DNA from: Lama guanicoe
Lineage: Eukaryota
Assembly (NCBI GenBank): GCA_013239625.1
Contig: MU053881.1
Location: forward strand, 5,353,957-5,417,956
DNA: 64,000 nt
Direction: 5' to 3'
The notes under the pieces were generated by a model. That model did no database searches. It saw only the letters and a program-made list of their open reading frames with translations, and had not been told where the DNA came from. Below are positions 27,045 to 40,100 of the stretch, piece by piece. How positions within the stretch are numbered: the first letter of the stretch is position 1; each line of letters opens with the position of its first letter. The translations under genes were made by a program, and so were the position numbers.

Positions 27045-27800
27045 TTTTTCTTCAATGACTTTGTTGAGGTGTAATTTACATACCATGAAATTCACCCATT
27101 GTAAGTTTACAATTCGCTGAGTTTTTAAAAGTAAATGTATAGAGCTGTGTAGCCATCATCACAATCCGGTTTTATAACATTCCTATCACCCCTGTAAAGA
27201 TCCCTCGTGTCCTTCGACAGTCATTCCCCTTCCCACCCAGACCCCCTGCGCCTTTTAATGTTTTTTACCTTTCAGCGCTCCCCAAAATACTGTATTGAGT
27301 ATTTTAAAACTATATGAAAACATTACACTTTTGAGATCTGTGTCAGTACATGTAGCTCCAGTTAATTTTAACCACTGTTTAATATTCCATTTACAAATAC
27401 AGCCCTATTTATTCGAGCTCCTGTGGGAGACGTTTGGGATGCTTTCTCGTAGCCGCTTCCTTGCACACACGGCCGAGGTGAGATCGCTGGGTCTTGGGGT
27501 TTGTGCATTTCACCTGTGCATGTACGTCCCTGGGAGCAGTGTCTGCGGGTCTCTTTGCTCTGGGTCCTTGCTGACACTCCGAACTGTCAGACTTTTTAGT
27601 GGGTGCGGAACAGTATCTCATGGCAGTGCTGGTCTGCATTCCCCTGCTGGCTAAGTGGGGTTATTCATTTTGTCACACCTTTGTTAGCCGTTTGAATTTC
27701 CTCTTCTGGGAATTGCCTGTTTTGCCTTTTGTCCCTTTTTCAGTATATTGGGTTGTTGGTCTTCTGTTAATTTATAGGATTTATGTATACATTTGGGATC
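27045..27800 (-). mobile_element. Old L1 fragments
   Basis: ctttgttgaggtgtaatttacataccatgaaattcacccattgtaag 3'-end motif and degenerate ORF2-region sequence. Confidence 0.6.
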
Positions 27801-29355
27801 CTGGTCCTCCAGGTAGTTACATTAGTGTTCCCGTTTTTCCCCTTGAGACTAGAGGCTCAGGGAGGTATAGGCACGTGCCTGAGGTCACACAGCAAGGGGG
27901 TGATGACAGATCTGGGAGAGACAGCAGCCCTGTGATCACACCCCTGAGCCAAGTGACCTTGGGTGGGTCACCTAAACTCCTAGGCCCCAGTTTCCCCACC
28001 CTGGCCCTTCCCTCATCCCAGTGTTCATCTGCTCAGCCTGGATTGACGAAGCCCAAACTGCAGCCAGCCCTTAGACATTCTCACTCCAGGGAGGCTTTGG
28101 GTTGATTGTGCCCCTGCAGTGACGGGTTGGCAGGCCCTGTGCTGCCAGCGTTGAAACCTCCTTCTCCACTTGTCAGACTCTAAGAGCGGTGGTCTCTCCC
28201 CTGAGCAACGGACTTTTGCAGGATGGGTCACGCTCTTATTAGGTGTTATCTGCGTTCTTGTCTTGGTGTGCGGGAGGCCTCTGGCTGGCAAGACCAGGCT
28301 GTGAGTCTGCTGCCAGAATTAGCTGCATTCTGTTTTCCGGCCCCTAGTTGCCTGTCCCCAGCCATCCCGACACCCGTTTTTGCAGAAGCATTCAGGGCAG
28401 GCCAGCAGACTTGAGTGGAAAGAACTTTGGGTGTCAGAGACAAACATTTTTGCGTTCAAGTTCTACATGGTCTGGGACGACTCACTCAACGCCTGGCCTT
28501 ACTTTCCGTATCTGTAAAATGAGGGCAATTTCTTCCTTCTAAGATGATCGTGTGCCCGTTTAGATAATGTACACACTCAGTTCATTCTCCATCCCTCCTG
28601 CTGGGGGATGCATGCCAGCTCCTGGTGCATTTCTCATGACCCACCATTACTTCATACTGAAGAGACCTGGCTTCGAGTCCTCTTCACGTACTCCTGAACT
28701 GGGTGACCTTGCAGATGAGCTCCCCGAGGGTCTGCAAAATGGGGGGGGGGCAGTGATAGTGCCCCCCTGCAAGTTCTGGGAGGTTCTCACACACTGTGGA
28801 GCCTGAGGCCTCCTGAGTAGAAGGCATTCCGTGGTAGTCGTGGAAACCAGTGTGAACAATAATAGTGTCCGTCATGTACCTCTCTGCCTCTCCTGCCTGC
28901 TGGCCTGGGGGCCCGCTGTGTGGCTTCCACACTCTCACCCAGGAGACATTGATTGGGCGCAGCCCCAGGCTGGACACCCTGCTGCCCTGGGAAGGCCCGT
29001 GAGCAAGGCCGAGCTGCCTACCTGCTCTCCGGGTGGGCTCCTGCCCTGTCCCCGTCTGTGTCACACACAGAGGTAGTACCCTCGGTAGGCCTTAAGGCAC
29101 CTTGGGTAGGTTTTTTTGTTGTTGTTGTTGTTTTAATGGCTGTTGCTTTGTTCTGATTGAAAAATGGTGGACCTGGTCAGCTGTGGTGTGCTGGCCCTAT
29201 CTCTGGGCCACGGTTGCAATGAGCCAGGCCCCTCCCCTCACCTGCCGGGTCATCCTCGGGTAGGAGATGTTCCAGCCTGCTGCTCTGGGTTCCTGCAGTT
29301 GTCTCAAAGCGGGTGGGGCTGTCCTATCTTCAGAAATAACTTAAATGCCACTTTA

Positions 29356-29721
29356 TATATATTTTTTGTAATTTAAATTTGCATTTTTAAAAATTGAGGT
29401 ATAGTTGATTTACAATGCTGTGTTAGTTTCAGGTGTACAGTGAAGTGATTCAGTTATATACACATTTATATAAATCCATTCTTTTTCAGATTCTTTCATT
29501 ATAGGTTATTATAAGATATTGAATATAGTTCCTTGTGCTGTACAGTACATCCTTGTTTATTTTACATGTAGTAGTATATATCTGATTTCTCCCTTTCCCC
29601 CACTTCCCTTTTGGTAACCATAGTTTGTTTTCCATGTATGTGAGTCTATTTCTGGTTTGCAAATAAGTTCATTTGTTTTGCTTTGTGTTTTAGATTCCTC
29701 ATATAAGTGATAGCATGTGAT
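29356..29721 (-). mobile_element. L1 3' end (artiodactyl/camelid type)
   Basis: 17-bp TSD acttaaatgccacttta (29339-29355) / acttaaataccacttta (29722-29738). Confidence 0.9.
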
Positions 29722-31773
29722 ACTTAAATACCACTTTAGTTCAAGATTTGAATCTATGTCATTTCTTGCTTCTGGTAGGCAGGGAAAGTACACCAGACAG
29801 CCTGGATTCAAATCCCTGCTCTGCCACCTACCAGCAGTGTGACCTCAGACAGGGCGCCACTCTGCACCTCAGTTTCCTCATCTGTAAAATGGGAATAATA
29901 ATAGTTCCCATTTCCTAGGGCTGGTGGGAGGATGCAGTGGGCCTGGCATAGAGTTACTGTGAGCTATGTTAGGAGTGTGCAGATGTGGTATTGGTTATGA
30001 TGTTAAAAGTTGGGAACCACTTACACACCCATTGGTAGAGAACAAGATAATTATCCACATGCTAGACTGCCATCAAGGTGGCAGAAATATATTGCATCTT
30101 GTGTCGTGGGAATATTAAATAGTAAAAGCTGACAGCAAGACAGCATGCTGAGGCTGACTCCCACCTGGTTGCAAATGAAGGATGGAAGCACGTGTCTGAA
30201 AGCACAGAAATAGAGCTGCTAAGACGTATGTTCCTTTTTCTTTTTTATTTGCTCATCTGTGCATTTCTGTTTCCTAGATGTTCTGCAGGGAACCCATATT
30301 CCTGTTTTTAGGAAAAAATTTTTTAAAAAGCAAATGCTTATTTCAAAAGAATGGCAGCGCCAGGCTGTGGCAGCTCCAGCCAGGCTCCCACACCGCCACC
30401 CTGTCCTGTCCTGAGGCAGCAGAATTCTCCTGCTCCTCAGAGAGCCTGTCCTCCCTGGGTGGACGCAGGCCTCCGAGACCCTTCCCCTACTCCTGCTGCA
30501 GAGCCAGGGCTCTGGATGTGACTTCCCAGTGCTGAAGCCCAAGAAGTGGCAAGAGATGAGTTTCAAATACCACAAGGGAAGGAAAGCCGGAGCAGCTGCT
30601 TTGCAAGTTGCAATGCTTCTTGCTGGGCGGGGCCAGGACCTCCGTCCCATAGCACTTGGGGTCTGAATAGGTTGGAAAAAATTGCAGGCCCAAGTTCTAG
30701 GGTCTGCACCCTGAGGTCATGGGGGCACCGGAAGGGTCATTCAGGTTAGAGGTGTGCCATGCACCCCACTTCCCTGGGCAGATCAGACATCCGCTTGTCA
30801 CCCACCTGGAGGTGCACAGGAGTCGGCACGGAGCACCGTTATCAGCTGCCATAAAGGGACTAGGGGACCACACCATTCATCAGACGTCTTGTCTGGTCAT
30901 ATCCTGGTTGCAAATCATGTGTGCTTTTTTCCTTGGTGAAAGATGGTGGAGGAATGGTCATGCTCCGTGTGACTCAGTTTTCTCTTTCCTCTTGGAGATG
31001 AAGGCCAGCTGTGGGTCACTGCAGCTGCAGGAAAGGGAGCCGTCGGCTGAGCATCCTGTCAGCCCGGAGGGTGTGCAGGAGGTGAGGTGTGAGAAGACGA
31101 GGCTTCTTCAGAAGGTCTGTGGCTGGCAGGTTGCAGGCGCGGCCTCCCTGCTCAGAGACAGGGATCTGGTCTGATTCTGTCATTCACTCGCCGTTGGCCC
31201 TGAGCCCTCTCCTCTGGGAAGTGGGCAGGATTGGTGGGAAAGTTAAATGAGCTTTTGTGCAAAAGGCCTGAGATGGGTGCTGCTGGGGGAGCTGTCCCTG
31301 GAGCTTCCTGGCCTGGGGTAATGCCCAGAAACTGGGGCCCTGTGGTTCCTTTCTCAGAGCCCCTGGCAGTGGGGTCATTCAGACCCTGGGTGGAGCTGGC
31401 ATCTCTGCCCCCCTGCTGTGACATGGGAACTGGCTGATCTGATAGATTCCAGAGGCCCAGTATCTCCCACAAGTGGGCCCGTGGGCGGGGGCTGGTGTGG
31501 TTCACTCCTCAGGAACTCTGCCAGGAGCCCTCAGGCCCCCACTTTGCCACAGCCATCCTTCCTGTCCCCTGTTTCCAAGCTCTGGAGTGCTCTGCTCATT
31601 CATCCTTGCTGGCCCAGATGCAGGCCTGCAGGCGGCGGTGACGCCAAGCCTGGGGCCTTCTTCATGCAGTAAAGGGAGAAGGGGCCAGAGGTACATCTGT
31701 TGTGTGTGCACGTGCGTGTGTGCAGAGCTCTCCTGCCTGCTTCTGCAGGCCTCTCCCCAGCCATGCCAGGGCT

Positions 31774-31932
31774 TAGGCTGCCAGATTTATCAAATGAACA
31801 TACGGGATGCCCAGTGAAATTTGAATTTCAAGTAAACATGCAATATTTGGGACCTACTTATACCAAAAAATTATTCATTGTTTATTTGAAATTCCAATTT
31901 CACTGGGCATCCTTACTTTATCTGGCAGTGCT
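31774..31932. mobile_element. MER53 palindromic MITE
   Basis: ctgccagat...atctggcag outer inverted repeat; 34-bp inner arms; contains the ttgggac.tacttat motif typical of MER53. Confidence 0.85.
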
Positions 31933-32944
31933 GTCAGAACCACCATTTTCAATAAAACAGCAACCAAGAAACCTTTGTACTTTGTAATATTGACAATGTT
32001 TCTTGAGAATTCTCTGAGCAAATGTAAGTCCCTTCAGGAGCCAGGCACTTTTAAGTATGGGGACCATACGCAGATAGGCAAAGTGAGGATTCAGACTTCA
32101 AGGAGGTCAGTGCCATGACAGACAGGTAGATGGGGTGTTTCGGGGCCAGCCTGGAACTTGGGAACGAGCAGAGACCTGCGCCCTTGGGTTCTGGGGAAGC
32201 TGGACTTGGAGAAGGCAGCACAGTGGAGGTGACAAAGCCTGGGAGGAATGCTGCTTAGTGGAGAGGGAGAAAGACATTTCAGGCAAAGAGAACAGGAGGG
32301 CAGGGAAGCTGAAAGCCTGGCATGTGGCACATTAAAAAAAAAAAAAAACAGGAGAGATTCGAGTGGTGGAGATGGAACATGATGGGTGGGTAGGGACCCC
32401 GAGGATCTGGAGGTTCCTGAGAGGGCCAAGAACTACAGAAAAGTAGAAAGCATGGACCCCACTCTCAAGAAGGCCCTGGCCCCCTGTTCACACGGGTGGA
32501 GGGCCAGGGCTCAGGACCAGAGGTATGCAAGATGGAAACCACCGGAGCGGCTGGGATGAGCTGGCACTCAGGGGCATCCCCCCGGCCTGATGGGTGGCTG
32601 GGTGGGCGGGAAGGCCTTTCACAGGAGGATGGAGGGGGCAGAGCACACACAACCCTGGGAGGCTGGAGGGAGAGAGCACCTGGGCATAGGGAGGGCTGAG
32701 TGCGGACCGTGAGGATGAAGGTAGAGAGAGAGGGAGGGACGGGAAATATTAGAGGGGACTACGAACCCCAGTAGGAATTCTGAAATTTGAGTGAGATTAA
32801 ATAACTCCAGATTTGTTCTCAAGACTTAATAATATACAATAACTTCCTGTTACTGAACAGCTGTCGTGTATGTGAGGGCTTATTATATGTTCGAGCCCTT
32901 TCATGCATTATGTCACTGAGTCTGAGCAGCAGCTCTGTGACAGA

Positions 32945-33330
32945 AGGAGTGTTCGTTGGGATTCTGGGGTTGCAAGTGACAGAAGTGAACCTAGCTCACT
33001 TAAGCCATGGGAAGTGCGTCGGAAGGATGGCTCTGGCAGAACTGAGGGGAAGGCTCAGCCCCCAGGCACAGACGGCGCTGGCCAGCTGGGGCCACCCGGG
33101 CAGTGGTAACTGCCAGTGGGTATCAGAGCATCACCAGAAGCAGGCAGCTAGCTGCTCCATCCTTCCATCCCCTTTGGCTGCTCAGGAGTCCAGTTCCAGG
33201 AAGAGAGAATCTGATTGGCCCAGCCAGATCACCTGACCATCCTTTGACCAGGCAAGGGTGGGACACTATGATAGACAGTCCTGCTGAAATTTCCATAGTT
33301 GTAGGGGATTCAGGGTGTTGCTGCTGGAAG
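32945..33330. mobile_element. Old MLT1 (J/K/L-like) LTR
   Basis: ggttgcaagtgacagaag ... gagagaatctgattggcccagc motifs. Confidence 0.5.
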
Positions 33331-34059
33331 AAGGGGGGCATGGAGTCTGGACAGGGGGCATAGGTGTCTGCTAGGAATAGGTGTCTGTTATTAGCCCATT
33401 TACAGGTGTGGAAACTGAGGCTTAGAAAGAAGTATTTTGCCCAGAATCACACTCAGTTCTTCTGCTTATCATTGACAGTAAATTAGGGTGTAGTCAACTC
33501 ACCCTGCAGACATGAAGGGAAACATTGCCGTAAAGCACATAAGGGTAATATTTTCTATTCTGCTTAATGAAGCAGAATTGCACAGACCCCCTGCCTTCTC
33601 CACTGGCAAAGAAAGCCAGAAACCCACACGGTGGCGTCACCATTTCCTCCTTCCCAGCCAAGGTGTGAATCAGCAGCCTATGGCTTAAGGCCACCCTTGG
33701 CTGCCAGTCAATTACACAGATGTGGGTTTATTGTCTGCCCTGGGCCAGGCCTGGCCCCAAGCCGGAGAGAGACTGAGGTGACCAGGCAGCCTTTGTCCTC
33801 GTAGAGGTCACCATCTGTCTGAAACACATCATAACCACGGCATCAAGGCCTATGGTGGGGGTCTGGTGTGGGGTTATAGAGACAGGGCAGGGGTTTGAGG
33901 CCTGACCTGTCTGTGCATTCCCTGCTGGGACAGAGAGGTGGCGCTCTGAGCGAGGGTCCAAAGGCGATGAGTGCTCTGGGACAGGGAGAGCGGATTAGCA
34001 GAGGAGTTCTTCATGTGGGTGGAATTCAGAGGGTCCTTGACCTTGGAAGGGGAACAAGT

Positions 34060-34625
34060 ACATCTTTATTCTCACTAACCTCCAGCAGCGATTTGGCATT
34101 GCCTTCTATTATAAATGAAGGTAGCGACCCTCAGTGGTATCAGTAATCCTGTGACTTTGTCACCAGTAGAAATTCGCTGATGCAGTCATATCACTTTACA
34201 GTTGTTGCATGGATCCCAGTAGATCGTCTGTCTTCATCACTGCTTCCAAATTGCAGTGGTGTGAGGGAGATATAGCTCAAGTGGTAGAGCGCGTGCTTAG
34301 CAGACACAAGGTCCTGGGTTCAGTCCCCAGTACCTCCTCTAAAAATAAATAAGTAAAACCAGAATTGTAATGTCATTTGACCCACTGCTGGATTTGGTTC
34401 TTCATTGCATGGATGCAGGTGTACTCATATTCTTAATTTTATTTTTTGAAACATTTTCATTACAATGCAGTATTCATTTCATTTGGAATGCTGTGCGCTT
34501 TATTTTATTCATTTTATTATTCATCTTATATCGATGGTTCATTTTCAGTTATTGAGAAGGGGACCGTTGATTTCATCCGATTGCCACAGGGCTCCATGGC
34601 ACCAAAAAAGGGGGGAGGATTTCTG
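34060..34625. mobile_element. hAT-Charlie-type DNA transposon relic hosting the first SINE
   Basis: tgtgactttgtcaccagtagaaat...catatcactttacagttgttgca...gagaaggggacc...ccatggcac motifs either side of the SINE; exact family uncertain. Confidence 0.55.
34263..34358 (+). mobile_element. tRNA-derived SINE (Vic-1-like, camelid)
   Basis: A box TAGCTCAAGTGG (34273-34284), B box GGTTCAGTCCC (34317-34327), A-rich tail. Confidence 0.85.
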
Positions 34626-34900
34626 GGTAGAAGTTTTAGAGTTTGAGCGTGGAAGCCAGATGGCATGGATTTGACCTGATTCTGCCAGTTACCTTAGTAA
34701 GTGGCTTAACTTCTCTGTGTCTGTTTCTTCGTCTGTAAAATGAGAGTAAGAATAGAAACCTACTGTGGGTCATTTCATGTAAAGGATTTGGAGGAGTCCC
34801 AGCACATGAAAGTACTGAGTAAATAGTTACCTGTTAGTAAGATGTTGTCTTTACCATCATCATCATTATTACCGTTCCCTGACTAGTCATGTGCATTTTT

Positions 34901-35017
34901 TTGCGGGGGTGTAGTTAGGTTTTACTTACTCATTTTTTTAATAGAGGTGCTGGGGATTGAACCCAGGACCTTGTGCTTGCTAAGCATGCACTTTGCCACT
35001 GAGCTATACCCTCCCCC
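34901..35017 (-). mobile_element. tRNA-derived SINE (Vic-1-like, camelid)
   Basis: Reverse complement of the same SINE body. 16-bp TSD agtcatgtgcattttt (34885-34900) / agtgatgtgcattttt (35018-35033). Confidence 0.88.
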
Positions 35018-36684
35018 AGTGATGTGCATTTTTAATAAGCAACCTCGATATGACACAGGTGGTCTAGAATGACCACACCATGAGAACCATACTCTAAATG
35101 GACTAACCCAGGATGTACCCCCTAAGATTTAAAAGCAGTTTCCCCCAGAGATTTATGGATTTGGATACTTAACAGTGTGGTTTGAAAATAGCCTAAATGT
35201 GTATCAGTGGAGGCATGATTAAATAAATAATAGGTAGCCTTACAGTAGACTGTTCAGAATCCTTTAAAAACGGTTTGTTCAAGGAATTTTTAATGAGATG
35301 GGGAAGTGCTCACCGTATAACACAAGTGGAAAAGACCAATCATAAATACAATGTAATGTTAATTTCAAAAATGACTTCAATGTATAAAAAAGGGTCCTGG
35401 GAAGAAATAAGCCCAAAGCTTCATCCCTGGTGGTGGAAACGTGGATGGTTGTTAAGACCTCAGACTGCCATCGGACTTTATTAGCAGCTGGATGGAACAG
35501 GTTACTTCACGTCCCTGGGTCTTACTTTCTACCACTGCTGAGTGGAAACTGTAACACAGTGCAGCCTCGTGGGAAGCGCATCGAGCCATTGGTGGCTGTG
35601 GTCAGTTACATTCTGTTTTACGTTGTGTTATATTTTTATGTATTAGCCTAGATTTCTCCAGAGGGGAGAGGGTAGTGTAGGATGGCAGAGTCAGGAAAGT
35701 TTCCTGTCTTGCAAGCTTGTGTATAAAGCACAAGAAGCTGGGAAAAAAGTCCCCAAAGGGGCTCGCATCGAGGCCAGGAGGAATAGTCTCTGCTGGATGA
35801 GGAGCCCAGCAGGGCCGGGGTACGGGGTGGCCAAGGACCCCACAGAACCTGACCATTGGGAAGCATGAACAGTTTCATGCAGAGAAGCAGCTCCTCGACT
35901 GTACAAGGTTTAGAACCCACTTATGCAGCCCCCTGACTTTATGTGGTGCAAGAATCCCTACTGCCCTTATGACACCCCTAGTAGGTGGCTGTCCCCAGGA
36001 TTTGAGAGCTCAGTCCCTCTATATCTGGTTCTTTTCTCCTCCTTCATGTCCCCAAGCCCAGTGGGGCAGGAAGATGAAGCAGCACTGAAGGAGGTGGCGG
36101 TTCTTTAGGGAATATCTTAGGCCATCGTAGTTGGCCTCTTGCTGCCAGCCACCCAGCCAGGACACTGAGCTTTGATGCTGAGGTTCCTAGTGGACCACAC
36201 CCATGTTGGTGCTCATACATTGGGTCTACTTGTCTGTTGACTTGTCTCCTTTTCTTCCACCGGGCCCTGAGTCCCTCAGAGTCCGGGGCTTGACCCAGAA
36301 CAAGTGCCAATTGTGTTCCTTAAATGCAACTGTAACTTCTTGACCCCTCTCAGTTCTGGGGTCCCATGATTCTAGGGTGATGACCATTGATGGCATACTT
36401 CAGCTGAGACAGAATCGAATTCCTTCTGATGACCTCCTGCTGGCAGTACCAGACAGAGCGTTGTGTCATAGTGGTTAAAGCACAGGCTTTGGAGGCAGCC
36501 AGGCCTGGTGTAAATCCTGGCTTTGTCACTTTCTACGTGTGCCATTTGGTGGTGTGTTACTTAACCTCTCAGAACCTCAGTATCTTCATCTGTACATGAC
36601 ACATAGCAAACACTCAAGAGAGAAAAGTAATTCTTAGTCTAGTCTGATGGACACAGATGGAATCCTCTAACCCTTTGGGATACT

Positions 36685-36755
36685 GTTAGCCTAAACCACA
36701 TGAAATTATCAGTTTTTGACTTAACAAATGGCAATTTCACTTAGTTCAGCCTAAT
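36685..36755. mobile_element. MADE2-like mariner MITE
   Basis: About 70-bp degenerate palindrome ttagcctaaaccacatgaaatt...gcaatttcacttagttcagcctaa. Confidence 0.6.
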
Positions 36756-36885
36756 GATCTGGGTTTGACTTGGGCCCAAGGAACCCATTCTGTTTACACA
36801 GAAGCGGGTTAAGGGCCACCATTCTACCAGGCATCTTACAGACATTATCCTGTTTACACTTTACAACAGCACTGAGAGACAGGTA

Positions 36886-37096
36886 NNNNNNNNNNNNNNN
36901 NNNNNNNNNNNNNNNNNNNNNNNNNNNNNNNNNNNNNNNNNNNNNNNNNNNNNNNNNNNNNNNNNNNNNNNNNNNNNNNNNNNNNNNNNNNNNNNNNNNN
37001 NNNNNNNNNNNNNNNNNNNNNNNNNNNNNNNNNNNNNNNNNNNNNNNNNNNNNNNNNNNNNNNNNNNNNNNNNNNNNNNNNNNNNNNNNNNNNNNN
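36886..37096. other. Assembly gap (211 N)
   Basis: N run inside the MER2 element. Confidence 0.99.
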
Positions 37097-37196
37097 AGCA
37101 TATTCAAGGCTTGCTTTTCGGAACTTTCTAGAAACTTTTTTCCTGAGTAGTTTTGATCCGAGCTTGGTTGAATCCACAGGTGCCGAGGACCGACTG
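36886..37196 (+). mobile_element. MER2-family (Tigger) element, mostly hidden in an N gap, inserted in a MIR
   Basis: Visible end ttggttgaatccacagg...ccgactg|ta; TA on both sides; homologous to the copy at 57891-58867. Confidence 0.65.
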
Positions 37197-40100
37197 TATT
37201 AGCATCCCTATTTTCCAGAGAGGGAAACTGACGTTTCCAAGTAGCTTGATCGAGGAAGGGATGTAGCCAGGACTGGAAGCCAGGTCTGTCCAGCTGAGAG
37301 TCTGTGCTGTTTGCATTGTTGCCGTCTTGAGACTGGGTTGCCTGGTCCACACGGCGTGGCTGGAGAGCTCCCAGCATTCTCTTGGGCCCCCAACCCAGGA
37401 GTTAACAACTGGAGACTGAGACTCCCTGAGACGCTGTCTGTGGGACCCCACATTTCTTGTCCTGATTTAGGCAGCTTCTGCAGTTTTCTGCTGCAGTGTC
37501 TTTGGCTTTGGTTGGGGGACTGGAATGGGCAATCCAGAGTCAAGCAAACCTGGTTTCAAATACTGGCATCCTCCTTAAGCAACTGTGTGGCCTTGAACCA
37601 GTCCCCTAACCTCTCTGATCATCCGTTCACTCTCGTGTGAAATGGGATGGATAATAAGCTTCACTCTGTAGGGTTCCTGAGAACAGAGGGCTCGGGGTTT
37701 AGCTCATTAGGTGCTGGTCCTCAGCTGGAGAACTCTTCATCCCTCAAGATCCAGAGAAGTTGTTTTTTTCATCTGGAAAAATTCCCTCAGTAGAATCAGC
37801 CCTCATCCCCTCTGCTCCGACAGCAGCTGTAAAGTGCTTCTTAGAGGGCCTGTGGCCTGTGAGAGAATTCTGTGTCTTCTCTGTTGAGTGCCTACTGTGG
37901 GCTGGGTGGTGTGCTGGGCCTTTAGGTGAGAACCAAGACCCATCTGACCACATATCGTGGGCTTTTCCCGCCATGGCCCACAGCCCTTGTTTAGATCTTG
38001 GCTCTGTCACATGCTGACTGTGTGACCCTGTGTAAGCCAGTTGTCCTTTTTGAGTTCACACCTCCCATTACAAAATATAAATGAAGCCCTTAGCATCCTA
38101 GAGCCCCTGTCAGCCCAATAAATGTGGCCCATTTATATTGTTTTTCATTACTAGGCCTTGCACATAGTAGGTGCTGTGGTTGGCTGCCCGATTCTCCCCA
38201 AGCAGCCCTGCTAACACGGGAGAAGCTCCGACTTCCAGTCTCTCAGCTCCATTTCCTGCATCCCCGGGGCTCCTCTGAGGCCTGGCAGCCTTGGAGATCT
38301 CCACCAGCCCTAAGTGCCTGCCCTGGAGGCTTTCCTAGAAAGCTAGCCTTCAGGTTGGGTTCGGCCGAGCCTGGGCTCCAGCTGCCAGCACCTCTGCTTG
38401 CCATTGGAAAGTTCCCCGTGCCGCTTCGGGCCAGATGTGTGCGAGGACGTGAGTTGGCAGCCAGAGGCCCGGACTGGAGCTGCCCGCCCGGCCCAGCGAG
38501 TGTTTCCACCAGCTCCGTGTCTCAGTCCAGAAGAATGAAGGTGCTCGGCCCGGCCAGCCCTGCACGTTGGTCGTGCTGACCCGCATCTGGATTAGACTCC
38601 AGCGGTGAAAGAAAGACAGGCACACAAGGAGGGGCCGCTGATTGGGTTTCACAGCGTGACATTGCTGACTTTTGCCTTTAGCATAGCTTCCCTCGGAAGA
38701 TTTGAGTTGGCCCCGGAGAGGAGACACACTCAGCCTGCACCGCCGGTGCCTCGTGTCTGTAACGGGGTTATCAGTGATGGCACGAGAAGCTCCCTGCAGT
38801 CAGGCAGCATGCCAAGTACCTGCCCTGCATTAGCCTGTTGCATCCATAGCCAACCCTCTAAAGTAGGTACTGCTCTTCTCTCCATTTTACAGATGAGAAA
38901 ATCGAGGCTCAGAGCCATGAAATGACTTGCCAGGTCATACAGCCGCTTTCAGCTCTGGAGCCAAGAATCACACCTGGGTACTCTAAGCCAGGGCCTATCT
39001 ATTTTTTTTTTTTATTAATGACATTGAGGAGTGACTGTTATTTTTAATTTGCATGTGTGTAGGAAAATTCCCTTTTTTAGCAGAGCATTCCATGAGTTTT
39101 TATGGCTGCTTGGGTTCTTGTAACCACCGCCACAGACAGGATGCAGAACAACTCCATCACTTCCTAAGAATGTCCTGCGGCTGCCCTGACTCTCAAATGC
39201 AATGGGATGCTGCTTCCACCTGCAGGTGGAGTTGCTCCTGCAGTGTTCTCTCTTTCTCTCCATCGCCTGACCGGAGAAGTCTTGGGGTGAAACGTGGACT
39301 TCTCTCCCCAGGCTGGGCCCCAGGCCTGCATTCTCCTCTGTAACACAGCCAGTTCTGTTTCCAGCACCCTTGGCAGTGGAGCTGTTCACTCAGCCATTTC
39401 AAGAGCATTGTTACCCCAGACACAGAGAGCTTTGAGTGAGGTCACCTTGATTTATGACTGTGTGGCCCTGTCTTGGCTTCTTGTCTGTGCGCCTGCCTGC
39501 CCGTCCATCAGCCTGTTTGTCTCCCCCAGGCAGTTTCTGAGAGCCCAGTGTCACCAGACACTGGGAGGACTATGGTGACCCAGACAGACCCGCCTCTTTC
39601 CCTTGAAGGCTCCCGGGGCTCTGGAGTGACAGTCATACGGACAGAAGAGCACACCCAGAGGAATGTGTACTGAGCGAGGGCAGCCCTAGTGGCCGTGGGA
39701 AGCCAGAGAATGGGGGCCAGACCCAGACTTGGGGTCTCCAGTAAGGCTTCCAAGAGGAGCCAGAGGCAGTGATGTGTGCAGGGGCCAGAGGTGAGGGAGT
39801 GCCTGGATGGGCTGGAGCAGGAGGAGGTTCCCGTAAAGCCTTTGTTGTCTTCTTTCACAAGGATGAAAGCTCCGGACGGGCAGGGGCTTCTGTCCTCCTC
39901 ATTCACAACCATAGCTCCAGCCCTCTGAAGGGAGCTGGGTACACAGTGGGTGCTCTGTCTGTATTTGCTGAATGAATGAATGAACTTCTGAAGCAGAGGA
40001 GAGACAAGATTCAATCTTCACTTAAGAGAGACTGATTCTCTCTTCCACCTCCCAGCCTGACACACCTCGGCTCCGCCATCCACCTGAGCACTCACTGTGT

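Noticed and set aside
34263-34340. Possible tRNA-Ala gene
   Set aside because: No proper acceptor stem. It has an A-rich SINE tail and a second TSD-flanked copy nearby, so it is a SINE.
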